This document shows positions 38,200 to 52,028 of a stretch of 64,000 bases of DNA, one piece after another. How positions within the stretch are numbered: position 1 is the first letter of the stretch; every line of letters begins with the position of its first letter. This stretch comes from Octopus bimaculoides (Eukaryota): NCBI RefSeq assembly GCF_001194135.2, contig NC_068988.1, positions 78,849,513 to 78,913,512 on the forward strand, read 5' to 3'. The translations under genes were made by a program, and so were the position numbers. The notes under the pieces were generated by a model. That model did not search any database. It worked only from the letters and a program-made list of their open reading frames with translations, and was not told the DNA's origin.

Positions 38200-38336
38200 T
38201 TACACATACATGAGAACACACACGTTCATTCACTCACTCACTCTCTCTCCCTCTCTCTCTCTTCCACACAAACACACACGTCCATTTCATATAAACTTAC
38301 GTACATCTTTTACTTTCTCCTCTCTTTCACTTTAAA
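38088..38336. repeat. ~250-bp fold-back with mirrored (GT)(GA)/(TC)(AC) core, abutting an N-gap
   Basis: tttaaagtgaaagagaggagaaagtgaaagatgta...tatatgaaatggacgtgt is the reverse complement of 38270-38336. Confidence 0.85.
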
Positions 38337-38915
38337 NNNNNNNNNNNNNNNNNNNNNNNNNNNNNNNNNNNNNNNNNNNNNNNNNNNNNNNNNNNNNNNN
38401 NNNNNNNNNNNNNNNNNNNNNNNNNNNNNNNNNNNNNNNNNNNNNNNNNNNNNNNNNNNNNNNNNNNNNNNNNNNNNNNNNNNNNNNNNNNNNNNNNNNN
38501 NNNNNNNNNNNNNNNNNNNNNNNNNNNNNNNNNNNNNNNNNNNNNNNNNNNNNNNNNNNNNNNNNNNNNNNNNNNNNNNNNNNNNNNNNNNNNNNNNNNN
38601 NNNNNNNNNNNNNNNNNNNNNNNNNNNNNNNNNNNNNNNNNNNNNNNNNNNNNNNNNNNNNNNNNNNNNNNNNNNNNNNNNNNNNNNNNNNNNNNNNNNN
38701 NNNNNNNNNNNNNNNNNNNNNNNNNNNNNNNNNNNNNNNNNNNNNNNNNNNNNNNNNNNNNNNNNNNNNNNNNNNNNNNNNNNNNNNNNNNNNNNNNNNN
38801 NNNNNNNNNNNNNNNNNNNNNNNNNNNNNNNNNNNNNNNNNNNNNNNNNNNNNNNNNNNNNNNNNNNNNNNNNNNNNNNNNNNNNNNNNNNNNNNNNNNN
38901 NNNNNNNNNNNNNNN

Positions 38916-38952
<37 letters not shown>

Positions 38953-39214
38953 TACATACATGCAACACACACACATACATCTATATATCTATATCTATCT
39001 AGCTAGCTATCTATATTTATACACACTCAAATCTAGGAAGTGAATATTCAACTTCTGTCAATTGAAATAAAAGCAAAATATTTATAGACGCAAGATTTGA
39101 TTTCTGTTTATCTGGTTTAAAGCCAGTTTGAATACTGCTATGCATGAAACTCTCGGTCCTTGAGTCACTTAGAATCTTCTGCTGATTACAAACACACACA
39201 CACACACACACATG

Positions 39215-39440
39215 TTTTCGCTTGTTTCAGAGTAATTGTAATGTCGTAACGCTGGGGCATTACTGTCGTACAATTGAAGGGTTTTTATCGAATAAATCGG
39301 CACTGGTGCCTTTCTTTTTTATTTTAAATTCTGGTACTTATTCTATTAATCACTTCCCGATCCGGGAAGCACGTCCCTCGCAACTACCGGGGGACGTGCT
39401 GATTGTCAAACGGTAAGAGGGACGAGCACAAATCCATACA
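39215..39440 (-). mobile_element. Diverged 3' half of an OR2-like SINE
   Basis: cttgtttcag...gctggggca...ggtacttattctat...ggggacgt...gattgtcaaacggt. Confidence 0.55.
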
Positions 39441-39534
39441 CACATACACACACACACATTCACAGAAATTAATCAGTTCAAAAGTTCATCCCATGGCATC
39501 TTCTGAAAATGTCTTTCTTAGTATAGTTTAAACC

Positions 39535-40075
39535 GGAGCAATATTTCGTGAGGAAAATTCGGTAGACAAATAACTGTACACTCGTATATATAAAAGTTGA
39601 CAAAATAGCGAAACTACGTAAATTCCATTCGATTTTAGTGCATATCCTTGCCTTTTGTCATGAATGCTGGATAATAACCGAAAGAGAAAGATCGCGAATA
39701 GAAGTGACCAAAATGGTGTTCCCCTGGAGGATTCCTCGAGGGTCTCTAGAGTAACGTTTCTCGATAGGTTACGTAGATCGGAGTTCAAAGAGTTTCTCCA
39801 AATCGAGCCGCTACTTTTGCGCTTTGAGAAGTTATAGCTCCTGTATTACGAGTATGTTGCAGGAAAGAATCGCAAGACGTATTTTTCAAACCGAGCTAAT
39901 CGGCAACGACATAAGTGTAGACCAAGAACGAAATGGTTGGATAATATCTATAATCTCAGTAGGTAAAGCTTGGAAATCCAGCCAGAGAGTCTAATGACTG
40001 TTGTTTATGATAGGCCTCAATGGAGGAGGTGTCTGAGTTTTCGACTCCCACGACCCTCTGGCTCAGCTGGAGCAT
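39535..40075 (+). mobile_element. RTE-clade LINE 3' fragment
   Basis: ILAFCHECWIITERERSRIEVTKM, RVSRVTFLDRLRRSE..EFLQIEPLLLR, QERIARRIF, RPRTKWLDNI, DRPQWRRCL..LPRPS. Confidence 0.8.
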
Positions 40076-40226
40076 CTCTTTGAAGGTCTTAGCTGTATTC
40101 CCTTTCCAATTATTTCAAGGAATATAGAAAAAGTAAATTTTACAATATATCAGTTTTTTTTAAATCTGAAATGACTAGAACATCACTTTAACAAAATATG
40201 TAACTTGTAATATACAGAGAGCCAGC

Positions 40227-40381
40227 TTAGCTAATCTTCAGGTCTTGTTACCTACAAGTTGTTTACATTGTCGCGTGGAGATGAACAAATGAATTACCAA
40301 ACGAGCCACAGTAGGAATAATTCATGTTGTGAATTATGGTAATTCATTTGTTCATCTCCACTCGACCTGAGGATTAACTAA
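40227..40381. repeat. Short fold-back/MITE-like element; left arm interrupted by a ~26-bp insertion
   Basis: tcgcgtggagatgaacaaatgaattacca (40271-40299) versus tggtaattcatttgttcatctccactcga (40337-40365), 28/29 complementary; outer arms ttagctaatcttcaggtc / gacctgaggattaactaa. Confidence 0.85.
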
Positions 40382-40666
40382 ATGGGATCTATGCAAGTTA
40401 CGTAGTAAATATTGTTTTAGCCATGAAACGATCGTAGTTCGTTTTTTAAAATTTTCATTCCTTACATTATCGGAATGTTCGCATTTTTAGCAACTTTATT
40501 TGCTAAGCTGTGTCTCGTACGCTGACTGTCTGCTTATCGAAGTTTTCTTTGATTTTAATATGGGACAAAGTGTGTATTTTACGATGTTAATAACCGCGTT
40601 TTATCCATATTGTCCACTTTTTATCATCTATGCTAGCTGCATATATGCTCGGAGCTTACTTGGATC

Positions 40667-40700
<34 letters not shown>

Positions 40701-40919
40701 NNNNNNNNNNNNNNNNNNNNNNNNNTATATACATACATGCATTTATATGTGTGTGTATATGTGTGTGTGTATTTGTTCTTCAATTGTCTGAGGACGTGCT
40801 TGCTTCGTGCAGACCTTTATAAGTTGCATCTGTTGCTTGCTTTTATTGCGTAACATCATGTGTTGCCGAATACTGAAAGATACGTGACAACTGGAATAAA
40901 TGAGTGCCAAGTTATGTCC

Positions 40920-41160
40920 ATGTGGAGGCGCATTGCTTGATAGTTATGGTGTTAGAATGTAAGATTGTGGGTTTCGATTTCAGGACAGGACGATGCGTTG
41001 CGTACTTGAGCAAAAACACTTCATTTCACGTTGCTCCAGTCCATTCAGTTGGCAAGAATAAGTAATTCTGCGACGGACCGGTGTCCACTCCAGCGAGGAT
41101 ATCTATACCAGAGAAATATACGTCAGAGAAACCGAGAAACCAGTCTTATGCTCCTTACAG
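40920..41160 (+). mobile_element. tRNA-derived SINE, third family (V-domain-like central segment, tentative)
   Basis: gtggaggcgcattgcttgatagtt (A box), gggtttcgatttc (B box), cttgagcaaaaacacttc, ctgcgacggaccggtgtccactccagcg. Confidence 0.65.
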
Positions 41161-42235
41161 GATAATGTGGACTACAAAGTTATGTCCATGTTCTTTTCTC
41201 TTATTATAGGAGTCGATAAAATAAGTACCACTATATATAGATAGATACATAAGTGCATATTTGTATATAAAAAATCTCTATATACACTATATGCATTTGT
41301 GTATACAGCACACATATACGTACACACATAAATATATCTTTGTGTATACATATTTGTGTATGTGCAATCAGATATGTGTGTGTCGGTGGATGAATGGAGA
41401 GATGTTTCATTGAATGGAGGGATAAAATATGCTTATAGAGAAATACCTTTTCTGTCTCCTGTCAAACGACTAACACACCATCAACATTATAATGTAGTTA
41501 AGGAGGTCTGAGTTGGATTACGGAAAGCATAATTGGTAAAATGTACAGTGTAGTTGTTCGTTGACTGTCATTTAGAATACTACTTAACTGACAAACATTC
41601 TCGTCATCGCTAAGTGTGAAGCAAGTATTTTACTTATAAAGGTTATTTATAATCTGACTCTCCTCCAATTATCAAATGTATGTCTTAGATAAAAGGTCAA
41701 AGCTAGCATCTTAAAAAACAAAACAAATCGCATTTTAGTTTCAAAGTCTTTTGGGTGTCTGTGTTAGAAACATTACATTTATCTTGTTTGCCGCCAGTTA
41801 GCAAGGGAAGTATATAATCGATCAGAGCTCAGAAAATGACTGGTACTTATATTATCAATTCTGGTCAGATGGATGTCAAAGTGTACGAGGTCATCATCGG
41901 ACTGTAATATTGAACTCAGAGAGACAAAAGAAAATACAGGTTGCAAACTGATACTAGCTGATATTAATTACATGTTTGACAAAAATCTGTCCGACTGATG
42001 TAAGTAGTCATTAAAATCAGTCGTGATAAATGAGAATAAGGGATAGTGGGAAATATTTAACAATTGAGACAGGAGCAAATTCTTAAACAAATTTTAAATA
42101 TGTAATGAGAAAGTAGTTGGGTCTGGGTCTAATTTTTCTTTATGAGCAGAAACTACGGAAGATAACTTCGAACTTAATGCCGAGTCCTCAGTCAATGTAT
42201 AATTAGACCCTATATTATCATCATCATCATCATCA

Positions 42236-42278
<43 letters not shown>

Positions 42279-42576
42279 GATTATTATATTTTAAAAAAAG
42301 GATTGACGTAACTCTTCACAAAGGTAAATAGTCAAGACGAAGAGTGCGATTCGATTGTATAGAATCTCTATCTCTGTCACTGTCTATNNNNNNNNNNNNN
42401 NNNNNNNNNNNNNNNNNNNNNNNNNNNNNNNNNNNNNNNNNNNNNNNNNNNNNNNNNNNNNNNNNNNNNNNNNNNNNNNNNNNNNNNNNNNNNNNNNNNN
42501 NNNNNNNNNNNNNNNNNNNNNNNNNNNNNNNNNNNNNNNNNNNNNNNNNNNNNNNNNNNNNNNNNNNNNNNNNNNN

Positions 42577-42614
<38 letters not shown>

Positions 42615-42642
42615 CATTATTATTATTATCATTATTACAATA

Positions 42643-42858
42643 AAGGCGGCGAGCTGGGGGAATCGTTAGCTAGAAAAAAGTTTAGTGGCGTTTCGTCCGT
42701 CTCGACGTTCTGAGTTCAAATTACGCCGAGGTCGACGATTTTGCCTTCAACCCTTTCGGTGTTGATAGAATAAGTACCAGTAGAACGCTGGGGTTAATGC
42801 AAGCGATAATCTCACCACCCCCAATTTCTGGCCTGGTGCCTAAATTATTATTATTATT
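42643..42858 (+). mobile_element. Family-B tRNA SINE embedded in (ATT)n
   Basis: aaggcggcgagctggggg...gagttcaaattacgccgaggtcgac...gatagaataagtaccag...ggcctggtgcctaaattattatt. Confidence 0.88.
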
Positions 42859-43069
42859 CGTAGTAGTAGTAGTAGTAGTAGTAGAAGTTTCATTATATAT
42901 TTTCTCTCAGTTTTCGCAGTTTTTCATTCACCATTGAATTCTGCACAAACATCTACCGTTCTCACTGTTTTTCACTTACACACGCACACGCGTACACTCA
43001 CTCATGCATACACCCACCAACACCAACACCCACTCACTCTCTCTATCTCTGTCACTGTCTATCTGTCTG

Positions 43070-43163
<94 letters not shown>

Positions 43164-43264
43164 TTGTTCCTTGTGAGGCTGATGTCTTTTTAAATACAAT
43201 AATTGCCATGTTTTTCTTATTTCCATATAGTTATAACAGCCAGACACTTCTACTTCCATTAGCC

Positions 43265-43400
43265 TTTTCTATTATTATCATCATCGTCATCATTATTATT
43301 GTTATTATTATTGTTGTTGTTGTTGTTGTTGTTGTTGTTATCATTATCATTATCATTATTATCATTATTATCATTATTATTATTATTATTATCATTATTA

Positions 43401-43443
<43 letters not shown>

Positions 43444-43534
43444 TATCATTATTATTATTATTATTATTATCATTATTATCATTATTATTATTAGTATTAG
43501 TATTATTATCATTATTATTATTATCATTATTATT

Positions 43535-43603
<69 letters not shown>

Positions 43604-43630
43604 GTTATTATTATTGTTATTATTATTTGT
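43265..43630. repeat. Long compound (ATT/ATC/GTT)n microsatellite
   Basis: Directly visible; source of poly-I/L/N ORFs. Confidence 0.97.
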
Positions 43631-44175
43631 GTCTTTGAAAAACCCAGATAATCTTTTTTTTTTATTATTTATTGCTTCATAAATTCTATTTCCATTTACT
43701 TTTATGTTTGGATGATGCAAAACTCCTTTTACTTGTTTCTATAGATTCTTTATACAATTCAATTTCCACTCTTTATATGTGTATGTATCTATGTACGTAT
43801 GAAAGCATATAGGTTTGTACATGCGTGTGTCTTCGTGTACACACACACACTCACTCACTCATTCACAAACACACACACACTCACTCACACACAAACACGC
43901 ACACACACATACACACGTACATGCGAACACGGACGCGGGCGCGCACACGCACACATACACACACACACATACACACATGCACGCACGCGTTCGCAAACAC
44001 ACACGCGTTTTCAAATTACATTCATTTCTCTGCAACGCATTTCGTGTAATATATTTAGAATCTATTTTTTTTACGCAATCTTTTAAAAATATTCATGTAT
44101 TTGTTTCCCACTTCCAGTAAACTTAAATACATACACGCATACACAGACGTACGCACAAATATATACACACTTTCA

Positions 44176-44224
<49 letters not shown>

Positions 44225-44225
44225 A

Positions 44226-44262
<37 letters not shown>

Positions 44263-44888
44263 TGATTATATTTGCCATTAATGAGGTTGTTGTATTATTT
44301 ATTTTGATTTCATTTTGATTCTGTTTATATATTCTACTTGTTCTAAATTGTAATCACATAAATATAATATACATTTCTTTTGATAGATTTTCAAATATTT
44401 CCTGTTTTTTTGTTTTGTTTTTTTTTATCAACGTCATATCCTCATCAACATCAACGTTACCGTCGTCAACATCGTCGTCTTATTTCTCTTATGTCTTAAA
44501 TTCTTTTATATCGATCAACATTTCATTGTTTTATTTTTCCAAAATGAACGTACATAAACGTGTGCGTATTTGTGTGCGTGCGTGTATGTATGTATGTATG
44601 TATGTATGTATGTATGTATGCATGTATGCATGTATGTATGTGTCTATATATGGGTGTGCAACTAAATTTCTTTATATTTGTTTGGCTCTGTTATCTCACT
44701 CTGTCTCTCTGTTTATATATTTTATTTAATTTCAGCGTTATAAATATTTCAAATTCTCTCTGTCTCTCTCTCTCAATCTTTCTCTCTTTTTCTTTCTCTC
44801 ACGTGCGCTCGCTCCAGCTCTCTGTCTGTCTGTCTCTGTCTCTCGGTCTCTCTTTCTCTCTCTGTCTCTTTCTCTTTAAACATATTTC

Positions 44889-44938
<50 letters not shown>

Positions 44939-45641
44939 CTCACTCACTCTTTCTGGAAATTGATGAGTTTCTCTCTACGTTCATCTCCCTCTTGATACAT
45001 GTAGCTATCTTTATTTATTTGTCTTGTTATTTCACGTTAAGATCAGATCCTTTTTTACGTGTGTCAGGCTTGAAGTTACTTAGTCGAGCAAATAATACAA
45101 CTGAACTGTGCACGTATGTATGAGCGTGTGTGTATGTGAACTGCATGTATATACAGTATATGCGTGTGTGCTTTTGTATGTTCGTGATGCTGTTTTTTTC
45201 TGAATATCTCTCTCACTTTATGTCACTTGTATTTCAGTTCTATATTTCAAACAATGGACGATATTTTACTTTGCATATTTCTATTTCCTTTGCATCTTTA
45301 TTTTCCACTGTGTCAATATTATAGCTTAAATTATTATTTTTCTTACTATTTAATTCATTCCTTTCTACATATATTTTGTTTTTCAAATAAATGTGTAATA
45401 AACTTAATCCATGCTCGAACCCATTTCACCAGTCTCCCATCATCGACATCTTTCTATCAAAGCTACATCTATACCTTTCCTTCTTGCGCATCAATATGGA
45501 CTGTCCTCAGTGGCGATCTCATATATATATCTCACGGTACAGAAGCGGGATAAACTTCCTTAACGTTTCCCACCTTTTTTTTTTTTTTATCCATAAAGTA
45601 TTTCAACGAATACAGACACTCATTTAGTCTTTCATGAGAAA

Positions 45642-45850
45642 GACACTTTATTTCATGTTACTCCAGTCCACTCAGCTGGCGAAAATGAGTGGTACTTGTA
45701 ATTGAAAGGGCCGGCCTTGTCACACTCTACGTCACGCTGAATCTCTGAGATCTATGTTATGAGTAAGCGTGTCTGTGGAGTACTCAGCCACTTGCACGTT
45801 AATTTCACGAGCATGCTGTTTCCTTGATCAACTGGATCCGGAGTTCCAGA
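45642..45850 (+). mobile_element. SINE body sharing its proximal segment with the 40920 family but with a different 3' domain
   Basis: cactttatttcatgttactccagtccactcagctggcgaaaatgagt matches 41018-41065; then gtgtctgtggagtactcagccacttgcacgttaatttcacgagc. Confidence 0.55.
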
Positions 45851-47211
45851 GTATGATGAAGTATCAAAGTGAAAGTTACAACTAGGCATCGATATGGGTC
45901 AATGTCTTTATATTTTCTGTTTGAAAACATTAATATGATGCAATATGACATTATATATATATGCATATATACATACATACATACATACATGCATGCATAC
46001 ATACAGTCATGCATACATACATACATACATACATACATACATACATACATACACACACACACATATACATGAACACATAGACTCTATCATATGTTGAGCC
46101 AATCAGGATATCCATCAAGTATAAAGTCACCGTCCTCGTGAAAATACTTCTGCAAGTCCTCTTACTGTCTATACTTTCATTATATTACTTTATTTTAAAT
46201 TACTTCTTTGTAACGAAAAGTATCCGGTATTGGCCCCCCACCTTTCACCTTCACTACTTTATTATTTAGAGATCACTTGCTGGTGGGCAACAACGCTGTC
46301 AGGTTGGTAATATAGTGACTTAACAATCAAAAGACACACATAGTTAGCTGTTTTGTCTTTGTCAAATGTCAACCTATATTTAACAGGTTATGAATGTCAG
46401 ATCCATTTATTTAACAAATTTAATGGTTTCATTTTTAGTTTACCCGTCCATTTTAACCTAGTCTACCAATAATGTTAACCTGCTGAACTAATTAAGTTCA
46501 AGTTTTAATCTTATGAACTAATAATTGCGAATATTTCAATGGTCAGTAGAAACCGCTGCTTTCCGAAACACTGTGATTTTAAATATCTTCAGAGTGTTTT
46601 TACTTCGTCTGTTTGATTCATGAATTTGCTGTCCATTGTTGTACTTTGCCTACAACCAAGCATCATATATTCCTTTCTATGTAAGTTAATTTGAGAAATG
46701 TATCCGTATTTCTTGAAACTATGTCCCTTATTCTTTGAGACATTCTAACAGATGATACTAGGTTTTTGATTCTTTCAACAACCAAGAGAGAATATTAAGG
46801 AATTAAGAGTCTATTGCACATGTTATTCTGTACATCAGCCTTTGACTTAAACGAAATTAATTCCGTTAGCCTTCTTGAGCTATTTTCCTTAGCGCTTGTA
46901 ACTTTCATCATTTTACTGCTTACTAGAGACAACGTTCAATTTGGACAAACAAAACGCTCTAAAGAATTTATTTCTTGTCATAATAGTTTCTGAGATATTC
47001 AGTTCTGCTATTATTTAATTTCCTTACCCATCTACACGCTCGTCTGTAATTCCTTAACTGCTTTTAGCTTACTGCACATACATACATGCACACATACATA
47101 CATACATACAGACATACATACAGACATACATGCATACATACATACATGCATACATACATACATACATACATACATGCATACATACATACATACATACATG
47201 CATACATACAT

Positions 47212-47244
<33 letters not shown>

Positions 47245-48387
47245 NNNNNNNNNNGTATACCTACATCTATTGCTCTGTAGTACTGATTCAGTGTATATTT
47301 GTATATTCTCTGTAATCTATGTATATTTCTCATTCACAGTTTGGTAATAATTGCTTTGAAATATTAAACTTATTTTATATGTTTTATCATCAACTCAATA
47401 AGCGCTCTCTTTATTACTAATACTGATTTGTTTTTAAGCTCCAAATATTATATATAATATTATATATTACTTTCAAGAATTGATGATTTCAACAGATCTG
47501 TCGTTGATGGTTATTCCTCTAAGTTTCTGACGTAGATGAAGGTTTTTCATAGTCCGGTTTTAAAAACTTGTTCTATTCAATTCCAAAAATGGTCTTAATT
47601 CTGTATCACCTCATCTCGTTCCATTTTTTAATGCTCTCATAGTTACCCTCTTCCAATTGTTTCGCGTTTATTTACTATTTCAAGTCTTTGAACTCTCTGT
47701 ATTTATCACCGTTTGCTATTGAATTTATAGTTGTTGTATCAAGTCCCTATTCTCTTTCATAATATCTCCAAATCTGAAAGAAAAAAGTGTGGGCTTTAAT
47801 GTTATTTTCAATCTAGTCAAGAAGTATCTGCTGCTATTTCATGCTTTTTTCAAACTTTGTTTTTAATCTGCTGCTATTTTCACTTCCAATTCCATTAAAT
47901 TAAACCAGATGTACATGAACAGTTCATTATTTGCGTCCGTATCTTTAACAGATTTATTGGATGATTTTGTTTCTCTTCTATCAGTGTGTACATTGGTCTA
48001 TCCTCTATGAATTAACCTCCTGTATACATTGTCCAGCAGGAATTCCTCATACATTACTTCTACAAAAACTACTATATCATCTTTTCTTCACATCTCTCAA
48101 AACACGCCATTCCCTTTTCCACGCTGAACTCAGTCAATTTCCACTAACTTCTTGTCATTTGTCATCTAAGGTTTCATGCCTATTTTAACACCGTTACCCT
48201 TTAGGCTGAGTAGAAATAACATCCACAAATTTTGGCTTAGAAATTGCAAGTTCGCATCTCGCTACGGGCGTTATTTTAGTTCATTCTCCTAGACAAGAAG
48301 AAAATATTAATTTTACTCTTTCAAGGCTTCATGCCCAGTTAAGTAATATTTATTTGGTATCATTCAAATAAGTGTGTTTTATTAGGA

Positions 48388-48530
48388 GGTGAGTGGCAGA
48401 ATCCGTAGAGTGTTGGAGAAAATGCCTAGCGGTCAACACATCATTAATGCTCTGATTTCAAATCTCACCCAACGTCCATTTGAGTTTCATTTCTCAGAGT
48501 TCGATTAAATTGAGGATTTGGAACGATTTA
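48388..48530 (+). mobile_element. Degenerate family-B SINE head
   Basis: gaggtgagtggcagaatccgtag...atgcctagcgg...ctctgatttcaaatc. Confidence 0.5.
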
Positions 48531-48769
48531 TTGTAAAGCTCTAAACCATAATATTGTTCTTCTTGTTGCTGTTTAAACTCCGAAAACCAGAGTTAATGTA
48601 TTATCTTTGTCCACGATTTTACTTTCTTACAATCCTTTTTATTGCATACTTACGATTACAGTATACAATGTGTACTTGCTGTTTTAAGACGGTAGCTGTA
48701 ATTTCAGGGAATTTAGGTGTTATTTTTAGCAGGTTGCATAGCCATGGAGAAACACCTTCATTCATAGTG

Positions 48770-48779
48770 GTGGTGGTGG

Positions 48780-48823
<44 letters not shown>

Positions 48824-48847
48824 GTGCTGCTGCTGCTGCTGCTGCTG

Positions 48848-48913
<66 letters not shown>

Positions 48914-49035
48914 GTTATAGTGGAGGTGGCGGCGACGGCAGCAGCAGTGGCAGTAGCAGCAGTGGCAGTGGCGGCAGTAGCAGCAGCAGTAGCAACAGCA
49001 GAAGCATCAGCAGCAGCAGCAGTAGTAGTGGTAGT
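48770..49035. repeat. In-phase compound trinucleotide array (GTG)(CTA)(CTG)(ATA)(GCA)
   Basis: Directly visible. Confidence 0.95.
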
Positions 49036-49303
49036 NNNNNNNNNNNNNNNNNNNNNNNNNNNNNNNNNNNNNNNNNNNNNNNNNNNNNNNNNNNNNNNNN
49101 NNNNNNNNNNNNNNNNNNNCTTCCAATATTCCACACCATATGCCATAACAATTGTCCTTTTTGTTAATATAATTCTTTCACTTTTAAAAAGATAACAAAA
49201 ATTACAATTCGTTTTTTTTAATTTTTCTAATGATTTTTCTAACAGTTTTTAATTATTTTTCGCACTTATACTGCTGTTGTTTTGTTGTTGTTGTTTTCAT
49301 TAC

Positions 49304-49348
<45 letters not shown>

Positions 49349-49789
49349 CGGTGGTGGTGGTGGTGGTGGTTTTATTTTACTGTTTACTGCTGTTCTTCTT
49401 GTTCCGTGGGGGTGGGTTCTGGGCATTCAATTATTTCCATATATTTACTATGAATATTTATATTTATATTTTTTATACACAATTTTGCAAAACGCAACTC
49501 ACACCCTCTTTCTTTGTTCTATTGTTTTCATGTGCTTTTTTTTTTCGCTCTTGTGGCAGCAAATAAAGATGCAACACATCACCCACCACCACCACCACCA
49601 GAACTGATATTCTCCTCTCCTCCTCTTCCTCATTATCATTTTGTTTCACCCTGCTGCCGTTTATATCTATGAACTCCCTCCCCTCCTTCTCAGGCATAAA
49701 TCATTCTTGTCCTGCATGAACTTCCCTTCTCTCTCATTCACCCCCACACAACTTCCTTTCTCTTACATACATTTTCTGATGGTTCCTTT

Positions 49790-50225
<436 letters not shown>

Positions 50226-50343
50226 CTCTTGCATCCTTCATAATAACACATTCAACGTCTTTTGTTTATTACGTGATCAATAAAACGGCGATGCGTTCCA
50301 CCTCTCAACACCACTAGGCCGAGGCAATCATAGTGATCACGGC

Positions 50344-50379
<36 letters not shown>

Positions 50380-51489
50380 AATAAATCCTTTTGTCTCTAT
50401 CTCTGACCTCCCTCTTTCTCACTCTCTCTGTTTTTCTCTTTCTCACTCTCTCTGTTTTTATCTTTCTCCCTTAATAAGATATCTCAAAACCAACAATGTG
50501 CAGAACGATATTGAAGAAACATTTAATGTTCACATATTACAGAGGTACAAACAATAACAAGTGTTAAAGGTAACAACAATATCGGTGTTGTTTATAACAA
50601 TGATAGTGATGATGATGACGAAGATGTCTATGATGAGGGGATGATGCCGATGTTTGCGATTGTGAAGAGGATGATGTTCTTTATAATGTTTATGATGGAA
50701 ATGATGATGACGATAATGGTGATCATTAGAAGGATGCTGATGTTCTTGATATGATGCTGAGGGGAGCTGGTGATGTTTATGATACTGAGGGAAATGATGT
50801 TGCTATTTATGAAGTTGATAGTGATGATAGCATGGTGATGCTGATGAAGAATTTTTACATTGATAAAAGGTCACAAACGTGTCGGGAAAGGGGCATGATC
50901 GTTGGCAAATAAAAAACAAAATTGATCCTAGTGAAGTTTGAACTCAGAGATCCATGGTGCATAACTAAATTTTGTTAATGAAAGACTTTCTACATACATA
51001 AAATTTAGGGTTTCTAGCGTCACCATCTCGGCCATACAGGCATTGAAAACTTGAGCTTTAAGGAGGTTATATTCGTTAAAAGTCAATACGAAAGAAATAT
51101 TGGCTAATATAAGCATTATTAATCTGCATATGCTACAATCATACCCACAACCCATCCTCACACATCTGTACCGATCAAAGCTGAACTCAAACTCCATCTT
51201 TACTTAAGATTTTGCAAAGCCAAAGTATTGAAATATAAGGCAAAAGTGTAAATGTTTTACTTTTCAACTTTTGCAAATTAGTTTAGAAGCGCTGTAACAA
51301 TATGACCCCCACTCACGGTTTGGATTCATATTGTTAATGAGTAAGATAGTATTTGCATGCAGCCTGAACAATGTTCAAAAACTTGTGTCGAAAGAATAAG
51401 TTAACTCCATCATATCTAGTGAGAATTTTGGGTCCAAATGTGTATTCAAATGCGTGTAAGTGATGTTTATATTAGTCTAGTGGTGTTTA

Positions 51490-51545
<56 letters not shown>

Positions 51546-51964
51546 GTATGCATGTATGTATGTGTGTGTGTTTCAAAGGAAATACCCAAATAATGCGAAA
51601 GTGACCTTCCGACATCAATTGGCTGTCAGGCAACCTTAGCTCAGAATTGTTTTAGTCGCCCTCTTCCTGAGACCATATTGAGGATTTAGTGACAGACGAA
51701 AGAAGTACGAAGAACACCATAGAGTGCAGAAGTAAACAGAATAGCATTGTATACTGAGAGTAACGAGTAATGGAGTTGATTAAGCGTCTTCTAAGAACCA
51801 TTATATTACTCCTAATAAAGTTGTTTGTAAAGCGATGCATAAATTATTGAGCAACAACGATAGAACTGTAAGCTACCAGTTTATACGTATAAACATTTTC
51901 TGTGTACACCTAGTTATATATCTGTATATGCGTATATACATATATACATACATACATACATATA

Positions 51965-52028
51965 TAGGTGCAGGAGTGGCTTGTGGTAAGAAGCCTGCTT
52001 GCCAACCACATGTTCCTGGGTTCTGTCC
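51965..52028 (+). mobile_element. 5' tRNA head of an OR2-like SINE running into an N-gap
   Basis: ataggtgcaggagtggcttgtggtaagaagcctgcttgccaaccacatgttcctgggttctgtcc. Confidence 0.8.

Noticed and set aside
43004-43720. Poly-I/L/N ORFs (also 30.0-30.6, 48.5-49.2, 49.6-50.25 kb)
   Set aside because: Translations of trinucleotide microsatellites; no complex coding sequence or splice support.
47560-48250. Possible very old RT fragment on the minus strand
   Set aside because: Only vague motif echoes across many stops.
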